A stretch of 64,000 bases of DNA from Fimicolochytrium jonesii. Its lineage: Eukaryota. Shown one piece after another: positions 24,698-37,800 of this stretch (its first letter is position 1; each line of letters starts with the position of its first letter). The notes under the pieces are model-generated. The model was not told the DNA's origin and did not search any database. It worked only from the letters and a program-made list of their open reading frames with translations. The stretch covers positions 744,001 to 808,000 of the forward strand of contig NW_026515669.1 in the NCBI RefSeq assembly GCF_025526975.1, given 5' to 3'. The position numbers were made by a program, and so were the translations under genes.

Positions 24698-26588
24698 TCT
24701 GTTCAGGCGGGCAGAAATCCAATAGTTGTATGGTTAATTTGATGCCCTAGGGGTGGATCTCAGACACTGCGCTGGCTGAGGACTCTCGCCCTCCCTCCGG
24801 ACGCATGTTGCGATAGATATACGTTGCAAGATGCATCCCGATACTTCATCTCGTGGCTCTGCGCAAGAGCTTCGTGCCAAAGGCTATCCTCTCGTCAACG
24901 ATTGGAGGATTCTCCTTTGCTGCTAGGGCTGGTGTTCCAAGGTAGCATTGTTGACAAAGTCTACCGGAGCCAATGGCTTCCCCCAAAGATGATTTGAAGA
25001 CAATCATAGGAAGAATAAGCAGCTGTATTGAAAAAATGATGAATACGGTGAGTGGGACCGCTTGGATCGATTACCTTATTGTGATGCGGACCCGGCCGGC
25101 ACAGGAAAAGAAGGCCGAGCCGCCCTTGCGGAGAGTAACAAAGACAGCAGGCCCTTTCGCTTGCTTTCGGTTGCAGGGTTGATTCACTGAAAAGGGTAGG
25201 GAATGGGCGGCATTTCATGCCATTGACGGCAAAAATCGAATGCTGTTATTACCTAATGGCCTTTATCGCTGTCGAATTATTTTCGAATACGTGCACGACT
25301 CGGATGCTTAGTGTGAACCCGAAGAGAAGCATTCATGAGCCCAAAGAAGCATGCACATGTCCCGCAAAACAGATTAGCTTGACTGTATTGGTAACAAGAG
25401 CCGCTATTCATGAGCGTGCTTTGCGGATCTGGTTTTACTGCAACGGACCCGTAGGCGAAGAAACAGAAGATATTCATCTGCCTCGACATTTGCAATCATG
25501 ACGTCGGGACAGAACCATGAGTCGCTGGTGCAAAACCTTCAATGCCATTTCAAATAGTACCACATGTGGGTTGCATTCAATCGGCAGATCCCACACGAAG
25601 CGCCTGGACTTGCGGCGTGCGGCCATTGACATCTTTCTCTGCTGCGGATCTAAGCAGTGTCCAACGGCAGATGCGATAATGATGGTAGTCGTCTGGTTCC
25701 GGGCTCATCTTTGCCGTGGCTGCTCGCATTTTCCCGTCTGTTCTCTGTGAAATTCAACGTATATCCCTTGGCGAAGTGAGTCGGCCGGGTACAATCAGAA
25801 ACGCAAAGCGGAGTCAATACCTGGCCCTCTGGGATGCTGTATCCGTCTCCGCTTACATAGGACATCCTACAGGTTCCCTTCGACCCTCAGACTCTTTGAT
25901 CGCGTCATTTGCACGGTATCATCGTTTCTGTAGCGAAGGCCGACGAATTGCGGATGGTGCATTGGTCGCAGGGGTTGCCGTTCGAGAGCTGAGGTGTTAG
26001 CACGAGACTGCGCTGAGTCTGAGAGTCTTTTCAGAAATGTGCGCAATTGTCCGGCTGGCTCATATATAGAATGTGGTTTTCAGGCGCATCTTCTTCAGCG
26101 GGCACCGGAATGTGACAGGGTCGTTCAGGTGTATGTGGCTCGCCGATCGGGAACTGCAGATCCAGACATTCCGGAGGCAAGTGGATCCCGATCGTCGATC
26201 GCAGTTTGGGTGGCCGGGCTACATGTTGTGCAAGATTCATCTCCCAGGACCCTTCGTGTTTGATGATACTGTATTAAGCTCAAGGTCAGGGCATTCATCC
26301 CACTCGCGGCAGATATGTCTCCAGCCACTGAAGACACTTTCAACACTCCGCCAGTGCGGGGAACTCCGACGTGCGTGCCAACCTCCGACGGTTCCGCCAT
26401 GGGTATCAAGGGAAAAAAGTCACGGGCCTGACATATGCAAATCATTCTTGAAAGTTCTGAACCACTTTGGCCAGCATGCGAGGCGGAACCGAAAAGAGAT
26501 TGCAATATTTCCTCGTATCTACATCAATTTACATTTTGACCAAGCATCGCAAGGGTACAGCAACGCCGTATTTCAGTCTATATAACCG

Positions 26589-29500
26589 CTATTTGTCTCT
26601 ATCCCACAGCGAATCCGGCAGATCCGCTTCACCTCCACCACGTCCGCTACTTACGAAGGATGTTACGATGGGGGGTTTCGCGATTATCTGCGCTGATATC
26701 CCGACGCCGCCAAACATGTCTTCCAATGCGTCGTGTGCGCTCCGCTCATCGAAAGCCTCGGCCGGCGATGCACGAGCTTTCCTGTTCTGTTCACGACGCG
26801 GTGATGAGCGTGCTGGCGGGTTCACTGCCAGAAACTCTCCGCCCGCCGTGCGCGATTGACCTTGTGACGACGACGACGAGGTCGATCCCCTACCAGGTCT
26901 TTGTTTTCCGTGGCCTTGCTGCTGTTTCTGCTGTGTCCCGTAAGCGGGAGACTTAAGCGACTGGGATGCCTCGCTGGCATCATCATACTCGCCAAACAGA
27001 TCGTCGTCATCGTCATAGGTCTCGGAGTAGTCCGTTGCCCGCGACTGAGGTCTAGGGGGCAACATAGGCGCGTCTTCCATGTACGAGGCAAAATAACTTC
27101 CAGTGGGGAACGTGCTCTCGGCGCGTTTATCGGGCACCGTCCATTCCGTTGCCTCATGAATAGCATGGGAGTTGATGGGATCTACGTCCATCTTCGTCGC
27201 ATGAGCGTCTATGTTAGCGGGCAGAGGAGAATGCCGGAATAGCCCTTCGTCGGTAATGAGTGGGGATAGGATGAGATGGTCCGTCGTCGATGGTGACGAG
27301 GGGTCTATCCCATCGAGTGCTTTGAGGTAGTGGGTGGCATCGCGAACTTTGCGGAAGAAGCGATGCGGGCCTACAATGTCGTAGATCCCTGAGCGAAGGA
27401 AAGCATTCTTGCAGGATTCGCGGAGCTTGACGAAACAGACTTCCATGTTTCGATAGCTATAGTCTTCGACGATCTCCAGAAGTGTGAGAGTTGCGCTGCA
27501 CGGAAACGATTAAGTTAGTCTGCCAGTTTCGATGGGGTCGTCATATCTTAAACGCGGAATTGGACGCGGAAACCCCTTACCTGGCATCTATTGCTGTTAC
27601 TGCTCCAAAATCAAACACCACCGCTCTCACATGGCTGTACATCGGTGCCTCCTTGGACGCAGCTCCCAACCCCTCCTCTATGCTGCTAGGCTCTTGACTG
27701 GAAGCTCTAGATCGCCTCCTGCCCGCTAGAGCCCGTCTCGGCTCCTCTCCAGGATGGACACCTAAATCGCCGTACAGCTCTATCCGTTTTAATCGGTCTT
27801 TCAATTGTCCAGAGTTTCCGAAGAACAATCCTTCCTCGACCCTAATGATCAGAACGTCGTCGATGCGTTGGACTTTGTCCGAATCGCCGATGTTGCGGTA
27901 TTTTATCTTTGTTCGGCCTGTGTGCGGATCGACCACTAGTATCCGACCCATGATAGCCAGGCGTGTCTGAGGATATGATGCAGACCTTAGTCTTCACCCG
28001 CAGACTCAAGTTCAGGGTTTCTGATCATACCTTTGTGGTGTGCTTGACAACCAGGAGTAAGGACACACCGACAGACAGAAGCGTTCCAGACTCGATGGAC
28101 AGTAAGATCGTAGTGACAAAGGTCATCAACAACAATCCGAGGTCTTTCCACGCCCTCATCCGAATGATGAAATGCACGTCTTCCAGCTCCACAAGCTTGA
28201 GCGCTGCGACTACGATAATCGAGGAGCAGACAGCTTTCGGAAGATGCTCGAAGTAAGGCAGGAGCCATATAATAGTGCACAGGACGGCAGAGCCTGTCAC
28301 GAAGCCGGCCATCTGTGTTTTCGCACCAGCAGTGTCATTGACTGCCGATCTCCCCAGTGAGCCAAAGGCTGGGAACGCTCCAAAGACACCGCCTATGATG
28401 TTTGAAACTCCAAAGGCGACGAGCTCCCGATTCGGTGAGACGGAGTAGTTGCGTTTGTTTGCGTAGGTTTTGGCTGCTACAATAGATTCCACAAACCCAA
28501 TGACGGAGATCAGGATGGCGGAGAGCAGAACGGATTTTATCTTGTTTAAGCTCATAGGAGGAAACTTAGGGTAGTCGTACTTTGACGAATTCGACTGTGC
28601 GACGTTGAGGATCGCAACTCCAGAACAGTCCCACGAGAAGATTTTGGAGAGCGCTGTCGTGACGACCACGAGGACCAGGATCTCCGGGACGACTTGAAGC
28701 CAGCGCACTTTTCGATACTTGGCTTTGATGAGCTTCATTCCCAACAGGAATGTGATGCTGCAGCCGGACAGTACTGCCGTCAACATGTGTGTATGGCTAA
28801 GTTTTGAAAGTGTGTCCAGCAGTTTGTGTATAGGGGACTCGTTTTCTCCTGGCTTTTCTGAAGGCGGGCTCGGATCTACAGACCCGCACTGATTCTTTGG
28901 TGGTACGATTCCCAAGAGGGTCTCCGACATGTCGATCATGACGACAACGGCGACGGCGAGAACAAAACCGCGGAGGAGCGCACGGGAGAGCACCGAATCG
29001 AGAAACCCAAGCCTGAAGCATCCAAGCAGGAACGTGAATATCCCGACCATCAGCCCTAGCAAAGCAGCGATCCCGATTGCTTCTGCTTGTTGCGACGCTA
29101 GGACGTCTTCGTAACTTTGAATTCCATCACGCGGCGACCCCTTCGATGACGCGTAGTCTCTGATGGTTGCTCCAACCAGCATCGAGATCAAAGCTTCCGG
29201 ACCCATTCCCAGTTGTCTCGAAGTCCCAAATAGCGCATATATGAACACCGGGATGCATGCTGTATAAAGTCCGTGCACTGGCGGAATCTTCACTAATGCT
29301 TGTGCGTACGACAGCCCCTGCGGGACCTATGTTGTAGGATGCTATTAGTTGGTTTGCCTGCCCCCGGCAAATTGCGAGCGTCGTCACGTACCAACAAGAA
29401 AGCAACAGTAATGCCCGCGATCACGTCCCCTTGCAAATACTGTAAATGATACTTTGGCAGCCATCCAAACACTGGTACGTAGTAGCGTAATCGAATCCGA

Positions 29501-29841
29501 AAGCGATGATATCTCGAATAGCTATCTAGAAAAACAAATCAATCAACGCCGGAAGGCTTTCGAAGCACGCTTTCCGCTGGGGCGTCGTCCCCAATCCGGA
29601 ACTTACCTGAAAGCCGTCGTCCTGAAGCAAGGTTCGTTGTCGGAGTGTGCTGTGCGGCGTGATCAAACTCGCGGTCGTCCTCCGACAGCTCATATCCATC
29701 ACTTCTCCAAGACACCTCGGACGCGAGCAGCGGTGAGGTCTCGAGTCTTCCCGAAGAAGGCCCTGGGATACCACGCAGCGGGGGGACATTAAGGGACCCG
29801 GCATCTGTGTGAATGGACATTGTTCTCGCTGCCTCTTCCAC
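26589..29841 (-). CDS. SulP/SLC26 anion (sulfate-type) transporter with STAS domain; multi-exon
   Basis: RLRYYVPVFGWLPKY, GDVIAGITVA, PQGLSYA, PPVHGLYTACIPVFIYALFGTSRQLGMGPEAL, SPNRELVAFG, FGSLGRSAVN; STAS IIRVEEGLFFGN..VVFDFGAVTAIDA. Confidence 0.93.
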
Positions 29842-30131
29842 TCCAGGTGCTCCACTTCAACAAACTACCCTACAGTAGCTACGATAGCAGATATCTACCC
29901 TGCAATGGGTACTGCTCCAAAAGTCCCTCCCAACACCTCCACTGGCGGAGTTCACACAAAGCGTAACCGTGGTGGAGGAAGACGGTATGCGGGTTGACGC
30001 AAACAAGGTCTCTTCGTCCAAAACAGCTTATGATTGCACTATATTGTATCAGTCTGTATGCTTGAGCATCAGAAGCGATGGTTGATACCTTTCGGTCCTT
30101 TGCTACATATACTATGTACAACGTGCTAAAA

Positions 30132-30349
30132 AACAACACGCTCCGCTCGGGGCTCGGGCGTTACTAATCCTAATCCTAACCCGATTGCTAACGACGCTAC
30201 CTCCACTTAACACTATAATAAGCGACATAAACTTGGTGACTTTTTGGGTAACTAACCTACCATAACAACACGCTCCGCTCGGGACGGCCTCCGGAGTGGG
30301 TGTTATTGATCCAAATCCTAACCCTAACCCTACACTGGGGCACTTAACA
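30132..30349. repeat. Imperfect tandem duplication with telomere-like (C/T)CCTAA repeats
   Basis: AACAACACGCTCCGCTCGGG occurs at 30132 and 30264; each copy is followed by ATCC(T/A)AATCCTAACCC and then CACTTAACA. The second copy has CCTAACCCTAACCCT. Confidence 0.75.
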
Positions 30350-30557
30350 ATTAGAGTATGTGTGCTTAAAGGTAGGGTCGCTAGCAACTACTGTACTGTA
30401 CCTACTACGTACTGGAAATGGGAATGTTCGGCAATCATGTCAGACAACTGTTCGAAATGCTGGGCACGGTAAGTCGCTGTTAGGAATGGGCCCACCGGCG
30501 TTTTGCACAGCCACCCGGATCCCTATGCGATAAAGCGTGTCTGATAACGCACCTTGG

Positions 30558-30565
30558 TGAGTCAT
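30558..30565. promoter_or_regulatory. Candidate Gcn4/CpcA site (TGAGTCAT), about 330 bp upstream of ILV5
   Basis: Reverse complement reads ATGACTCA; lies upstream of a branched-chain amino-acid biosynthesis gene. Confidence 0.4.
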
Positions 30566-30889
30566 CGCCATGTTTCGGGCGAGAGAGCTGAGTCTTGCAG
30601 GAGGCAATCTCCTCGGGGGCCTCATCAATTGCCATCGACTCATCACCATCATCGCTCACCCATCAAGTTCTGGGTGGCACAGCCAATTGCATGTGCTGCC
30701 TCCATCTCATCACCTTCGCCCGCACTGCCCCTTGCAATTATCGTACCCCTTGGGAAAAACCTATAAGAGCAGACCAGCAGTTAGGGGCACCCCGTCAGAT
30801 CTGAAAAACAACTCTGTTACCCATTGCTAGATCCCATAGACAGCACTTTATCTATCTCTCCCCCACCGCATACCGCATTCACCGCCACC

Positions 30890-32288
30890 ATGAATCCCGC
30901 AAGACACGTCGTCAAGATGGCTGCGCTCCGCGCGACTGTGCCTAGATCATTTGCAAAGTCTGCGCCCATCGCTGGACAGACAAAAACTCTTGTCACTGCC
31001 TCCTGCTCTCAATCCGGAAAACAGCTGCGTGCCACCGCCGTCGCTCCTTCTATTTCTGCGGTAAGTAGTAGCGAATTGGGTCTGCGTGTTGGTATTAATG
31101 TGCAACCGGCTCGGTCTCACACTTTTTCCCATCCTAGAACACCACACAGCGGCGCGGCGTGAAGACTCTCGACTTTGGCGGAACAAAGGAAAAGGTCTAC
31201 GAGCGTGCGGACTACCCCAAGGACAAGCTACACAAGATCTTCAAAAATGATACTTTCGCCGTCCTCGGTTACGGGACCCAAGGCTACGCTCAATCCTTGA
31301 ACCTTCGCGACAACGGTTTGAAAGTCATTGTCGGAGTCCGCAAAGGTGGTCACTCGTGGGAACAAGCCAAGAAAGACGGCTGGAAGGAAGGAGAAACTCT
31401 CTTCTCTATCGAGGACGCGGCGAAGAAGGGTACCATCCTCATGTACCTTTTGTCTGACGCTGGCCAAAAGGAAGGATGGCCCGTGATCAAGCCTTACGTT
31501 ACCAAGGGCAAGACTTTGTACTTCTCCCACGGCTTCAGCGTCATTTTCCACGACCAAACCGGCGTTGTTCCACCAAAAGACGTCGATGTCATCCTTGCAG
31601 CTCCCAAGGGATCCGGTGCCACCGTTCGCTCCTTGTTCTTGGAGGGACGAGGTATCAACTCCTCTGTCGCCATTTACCAGGACGTGTCTGGCCAAGCTCG
31701 CGAGCGTGCGTTCGCCATGGGAGTTGCCATTGGCTCGGGATACCTCTACGAGACCACTTTCGAGAAGGAAGTGCACTCTGATCTCGTCGGAGAGCGTGGT
31801 ATCCTTATGGGTGCCATCCAAGGGGCGTTTGCCGCCCAATACGATGTCCTTCGCTCAAAAGGTCACAGCCCATCGGAAGCCTACAACGAGACGGTTGAGG
31901 AAGCCACACAATCCTTGTACCCTTTGATCGCCAAGAATGTAAGCAGAATCGTTGTGCCGTACTCAAAATTACATCCTTTGCTCACCGCTAACCTATCATC
32001 CTCATGGTCTAACAGGGAATGGACTGGATGTACGCCAACTGCAGTACTACCGCACGTCGAGGAGCCCTCGACTGGGCACCCAAGTTCTACGACGCGACGA
32101 AGCCTGTCTTTGAGGAGTTGTACGCCCGTGTGGAGGATGGCTCCGAAACCCGTCGTTCCTTGGAGGAAAACAGCCGACCTGACTACAGGGAGCGTTTGGA
32201 GGAGGAGTTGCGACAAATCAGGGAGAGCGAGATGTGGAGGGCAGGGAAGACCGTGCGAGGCTTGAGGCCTGAGAATGTCGGTAAATAG
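30890..32288 (+). CDS. ILV5: Ketol-acid reductoisomerase, mitochondrial; 3 exons
   Basis: Basic presequence, KTLDFGGTKEKVYERADYP, LGYGTQGYAQSLNLRDNG, LYFSHGFS, APKGSG, SDLVGERGILMG, GMDWMYANCSTTARRGALDW, GKTVRGLRPEN. Confidence 0.97.
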
Positions 32289-32902
32289 AGCGATTCGTAG
32301 GGTGAACTTGGAAAGTTCCTATATTTCCTTTTGCACATATTCGCATTCGCTGTACATATATTGATTTCCGGAATACGATATCTGCGACTGAATCTGACGT
32401 TCGTTCGACTTTGAGTAATTTCCACCTGCCCGTGTGGTCGCCCGCGGGAGATTAACTGCAAATGATGGCTCACCAGCAAGGTACGCACTTAGCATGCATG
32501 CGGTATATTTAGCTTTCCCGTTTCCCCTCCATTTGCCTCTTTCGGCCGATACGTTAGTAAGTTGCTTGTGAAATCGTTCAACCCCTGAACGCAGCCGTTT
32601 CGGGAGTACGGATACAATTTGAGTTTGTATAAGCGTACAGTTCGTACAGTATAGGTACTGTATATATTGCCGTGGGATGTCCACTCGTCATGTCGCTCCC
32701 ACTCGGTTGATTGAAGAGTTCGCTTACGTACTAAGCCACCTGAATCCGAATCCTGTCAAATTTCAGCGAGGTCGCGCTGTCGGAGAACCCTTTTCCCATT
32801 TCCGACAGCCGAGAAAACGGGGCTTGCGGCCGCAACTGCGAGAAAGGTCGCTTCATCCATATAGCATAGGGTGTTGGTCGCCCAGACGGTGGAACTGCAA
32901 GG

Positions 32903-35900
32903 ATGTCCATCGCCGCCGTCGCCCATCGGTAAGTCCTTTTCTATCAAGCTTTCGATACATCCTAGAATGAAACTCGTGCTAAAGATCCTTTATCACTCGT
33001 GTCCAGCCATGTCTTCGGCTTCAAAGGCGACGTCAACAACGCCATCGCCTACCTCGATGAGCAAACAGTCATATACCCAGCCGGACACAACTCCGTGCTG
33101 TACAACACAGAAAGCAAGCTGCAGCGGTTCATCCCCGTGACGGAAAAATGTGAGGCCATCACTGCTATGGCTATCTCTGCCAACAAGCGGTACATTGCTA
33201 TCGCGGAGCGAGGGGAGAAGGCTTCTTGTGCGCTGTATGATTTGCATACGCTGAGAAGAAGGAAGACGCTTCAGAGTACGGATACGGAGAGCAAGGTATG
33301 TATCACTGGTAAATTGCCACTCACATCCGTTCTAATCCGATGAACATTTGTCACAGGATTTTGTATGCGTAGCATTCTCCGCGGATGCCAAATACATCCT
33401 GACCCAAACAGGCCCACCAGACTGGACACTCTACTACTGGTCCTGGGAAAAAGTCAAAGTGATGGCCTCGGTCAGGACTACATCCCAACAAGCCGACCGC
33501 GCGGCTACTCGGGGCGAGATAGCGGGCTCGGTGGCAACTCTGGCCGGAGGGAGTGGGAAGGAAGGAGGATTGGGGAGCGCCATCAATCAAGTCAGCTTCA
33601 ACCCGTCGGATAACACGCAGCTGTGCGTTATTGGGAATGGGATCTTCAAGCTTTATAGATACTCGGAAGGGCTGTTGAAGCAGTTTTCGTTTCAGAAAGT
33701 GGAGCCGAAGGTTTGTATCACCCCCTATGCGAGATCTCGGGATGTAAAGTCTGATAACGCTTTCCCAAATCAGAACTACTTGTCCCACTGCTGGACCACC
33801 GAAGACCGGATCATCGTCGGCACCGAAGATGGCAAAATCATGATCTTCGAGCCGAACGGCGAACTAAAGACCGAGTTCAACCACGAACACGGTCCATCGG
33901 GTGCCCTCCGCTCCGTTAACACATTGCTTTCATATTCCAAGGGGTTCATCTGCGGTGGATCTCAGGGAAGCATCACTATCTACGACAGGAATGAGGAGGC
34001 GGGTACTGCACTTCCGCCGGCGCCGGGGCAGAGCGTGGCTGGGAAGGACATGTTCAGAAAGGTGAAGGAGCTGAAGCTGCATTCGGAGAATGCGAAAGTG
34101 GCCAATATGGCTCTGAGTCCGAGTGAGGACAACATGGTTGCTACGACAGAGAATAATCAGCTTTTTGCGTTGATGTTGGCGGGCACAGAAGTGAAGGTAG
34201 GGCAGTTGGCGTTACGACCCCTTTCAACCTGGTGATGGCTGTAACTGATGGCATGACATGCAAAGGGCGAAGAATCGAAATTCGAGATGTTCTCGCAGCC
34301 CTTCCACCACGGCCAAATAACAGGATGTGACACCTGTATCCGTAAACCACTGGTCGTGACTTGCTCCACCGATAGATCGGTTCGCGTATGGAACTACTTG
34401 GACTCGTCGTCGGAGCTCGTGAAATATTTCCCAGAGGAAGCTTTTTCAGTGGCCATTCATCCGAGTGGGCTTTATATCCTCGTTGGATTCAGTGATAAGC
34501 TGAGGCTGATGAACCTGCTTATCGACGATATCAGGACGTTCCGGGAGTTTACGATTCGCGGTTGTCGAGAGGTAGGGCAGATTCTTTTCCAGTAAACAGC
34601 CGCACTATCCTTTCATCTTTCCAATCATCACAACGTTCCACAGTGCCGGTTTTCCAACGGAGGACAATACTTCGCAGCCGTTCACGGGAATACGATCCAG
34701 ATCTACTCCACTTGGAACTTCGAGAACCTCGGCAACCTGAAAGGCCACAACGGCAAGGTCAAATCACTCTTCTGGACCCAAGATGACGGTCGGATCGTGT
34801 CTGCTGGCATGGACGGTGCGATCTACGATTGGGCGCTGAGGGACCTGACGGGTAGCGGTGGTGGCGGCATCAAGCGTGAAGGCGAGAGCATTCTGAAGAG
34901 TTGCAACTACACATGTGCGATTGCCACTGCGGATGGGAGGAATATCTATGCTGTCGGAAGTGATAAGACTCTGAAGGTTAGACGAGCGAATGAGTGAGAA
35001 ACGGCATACAATGCTGTGTCAGTCCTCATAGTAATTTCCATCTACAGGAAATCACGGATTCGCAAATTGTTCGAGAACAAGAGTCCGATGTCGTACTCAC
35101 ACAAGTGATCCTGTCGCAATCCGGCCGGATGATGTTTGTCGGTGAGTGCAGACCTCGCAAATTTCTACGATTTTTGGTGCCTTGTCTTGATGTGTTCGCA
35201 TCCGCAGGCACGGCGAACGGAACGATCCGTTCAATAAAGTATCCACTTGGAAACGATAACGAGTTCCAGGAGCATCAAGCGCACTCGGCACCCGTAACGA
35301 AGCTTCGAGTCAGTTTCGATGATCAGTTTCTCTTTTCAACTTCAGAAGATGGCGCTCTTTATGTTTTCAAGATCTCTGATAAAGAAGGGAGAGGGTTGAA
35401 GCGGGACCGTGAAATTGTCTACGCCGATGAGGTACGCATTCGATCCTCCGTTCAGTGTGTGCTGAGATGATTACTAAGGCCGTTTGAATTCACAACAGAT
35501 CTTGGTTACAAAAACAGATCTCGAGGAGAAAAACTCCACAATGGCAGAGCTCAAAACTCGTGTAGAAGAGCTCAAGATGGAGAACGAGTACCAGCTTCGT
35601 CTCAAAGACATGAACTTCAACGAAAAGATCAAGGAGGTCACCGAAAAGTTCATGCAGGAGATCGAGGCGCTCAAGATCACTAGCACCGTCTTGCGGACTG
35701 ATAAAGAGAAGGAGGAGGTCCGCCATGAGGAGGAGATGGCCGAGGAATCGGAACGCCATGCGAGGGAGCTAAGCGAGCTGGAGACGCTGCATAATGCCAA
35801 GCTGATGGCCGAGTATGAGCGATACCAGGAGCTGCAGACACGGACGACGGAGTTGCAGACCCAATGGGAGAAGCAAATGAGGGATATGCAGGCGGCGAAG

Positions 35901-37503
35901 GATAAAGCTTTGGCGGAGCTGACGGGGCACTTTGAGGCCAAGGTTCGGGAAAAACAGGCCGAGATCGATCAGGTACGTTTCCATGATGTTCTAGTTCCAA
36001 ACGATGTACACCATCAAGTGATTCTGGAAGGATCTGACGACATAATATCTTCGACTCTCAGCTTCAACAAGAACTCCACAATCAATATCTGGAATTCACC
36101 GAAACCACCCGGGAGACCGAGCAAGACGCCGACACCGAGATCCTCGAAATCAAGCATCGGTATGAGAAAAAGCTCAAAGAGGAGCGCGAGATCGGGTTAC
36201 GTCTGAAAGGCGAGAACGGCATTATGCGGAAGAAGTTCAACACCCTCAGCTCAGAGATCGATGCGCACAAATCCGAGATCGGGAAGATGTATAACGAAGA
36301 AAAGAAGCTCCATGGGGTCATCAAGAGCTTGGAAAAGGATATCACCGGTCTCAAGAAGGAGGTGCGATCCGATTTCGCCGTTTCCATGGAAACACCCGTT
36401 TTACTTATCCAGTCGGCCTCGAATATTCAGATCCAAGAAAGAGACGAAACGATCCAGGACAAAGAGAAGCGTATTTATGATCTCAAGAAGAAGAACCAGG
36501 AACTTGAGAAGTTCAAGTTCGTCCTTGACTATAAGATCAAGGAGCTTAAGCGTCAAATCGAGCCGCGCGAGCAAGACATCCAGGGGATGACGCATCAGAT
36601 CAAGGTGCGGCTCGAATCTTGGTTTGGTTTTGCACTTTGATCTCAAAGCGGTAGTCTCACGTACAGTTGTTGTTCGCTCCTGCAGGAAATGGATGTGGAA
36701 CTCGAACACTACCACAAGGCAAACTCCAACCTGGAGCTTACCATCACCGATTTGAAACAAAAGCTTCGAGCGGCCGAGAAGGAGGTTGCAAAGGAGCACG
36801 CCAGGGTGAAAGCTTTCGCGGCGACCATCAAACGCTTCAAGGTGGATCTGAACGAGTGCGTGCAATATATTCAGGAGCCAAAGCTATTGAAGGTAGGTTC
36901 TCCAAAGTGTCATTGTACATATGTTCCCAAGCTGACGAGCGGCCATATCCACTATCAGACGCACGTGAAGAACCTCTATCAGAAGTACTGCTTGTCTTCC
37001 GAAGCCGAGGTGATCGGCGGCGATCCCACCGCGGCCGCAGGCGGTCCAAAGTCATCCGTCACAGATGTGCAACAGGAATACGCTCGCCAGCGCGAGCACC
37101 TCGAGCGTACCGTCGCCTCCCTCCGTCGTAAAGTCAGCAAAGATCAGAACATCCATCGCGCGGACAATGTTCGCATCATGGGTGAGAACGTTGCCCTCAT
37201 CAAGGAAATCAACCAGCTGAGGAGAGATCTTAAGAGGACGAGGGCGCGGGAGAAGGCTGCTGAGATTGCGTTGAAGCATGAGCATTCGAAGGCGATATTA
37301 CACCAAAGCGCTTCGCCTGAGCAGTCTGGCGACGAGCTGACTGAAGGTTTGTCGAACTTTGCAGGGGTTCCGACGCTCTGTAGAACCCAGCAAATGCTGA
37401 CTCAGTGTCATTCTTTTCAGAGCTACGACTTCCCCCAGTGTCGTCTTCACCGGCACCACCTGCATTACCGCGACTGGAGCAACAACTGGCTGTGCCGACA
37501 TAG
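32903..37503 (+). CDS. CFAP57: Cilia- and flagella-associated protein 57 (WD40 repeats + long coiled coil); many exons
   Basis: [153 protein letters not shown]. The last exon is approximate. Confidence 0.93.
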
Positions 37504-37800
37504 ACGACGTTCCCTCTTGTGGTATTTTTCTGAAGCTTCACCAGGCCGCTGTTATGACGCAGAGTTTCAAGCCTTCGACATGCGATTCGTACTCCCCTTC
37601 CATCTGCCACCATAGTCATAAGTCCCATCCTTTTGTAAATAGACTAGCGCCATTTCTAAGGCAAGTTTTGGACCAGTACGCCTACTGTCTCAAGTTCGAT
37701 TGCTTTCGGTCATGGTTACAGTATCGCCGGTGGCTGCGTCCGCCTGAAATATGCCTGAGGTACATCCATTGGCTCCGCCAGGCACAAGCTTATGGGGACT

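Noticed and set aside
24960..26500. Overlapping short ORFs between the CK2-like gene and SulP
   Set aside because: No recognisable domain; cannot separate from random ORFs.
27575..27585. CTTACCTGG resembling the U1 snRNA 5' end
   Set aside because: It is the reverse complement of an intron donor (CAG/GTAAG) in the SulP gene.
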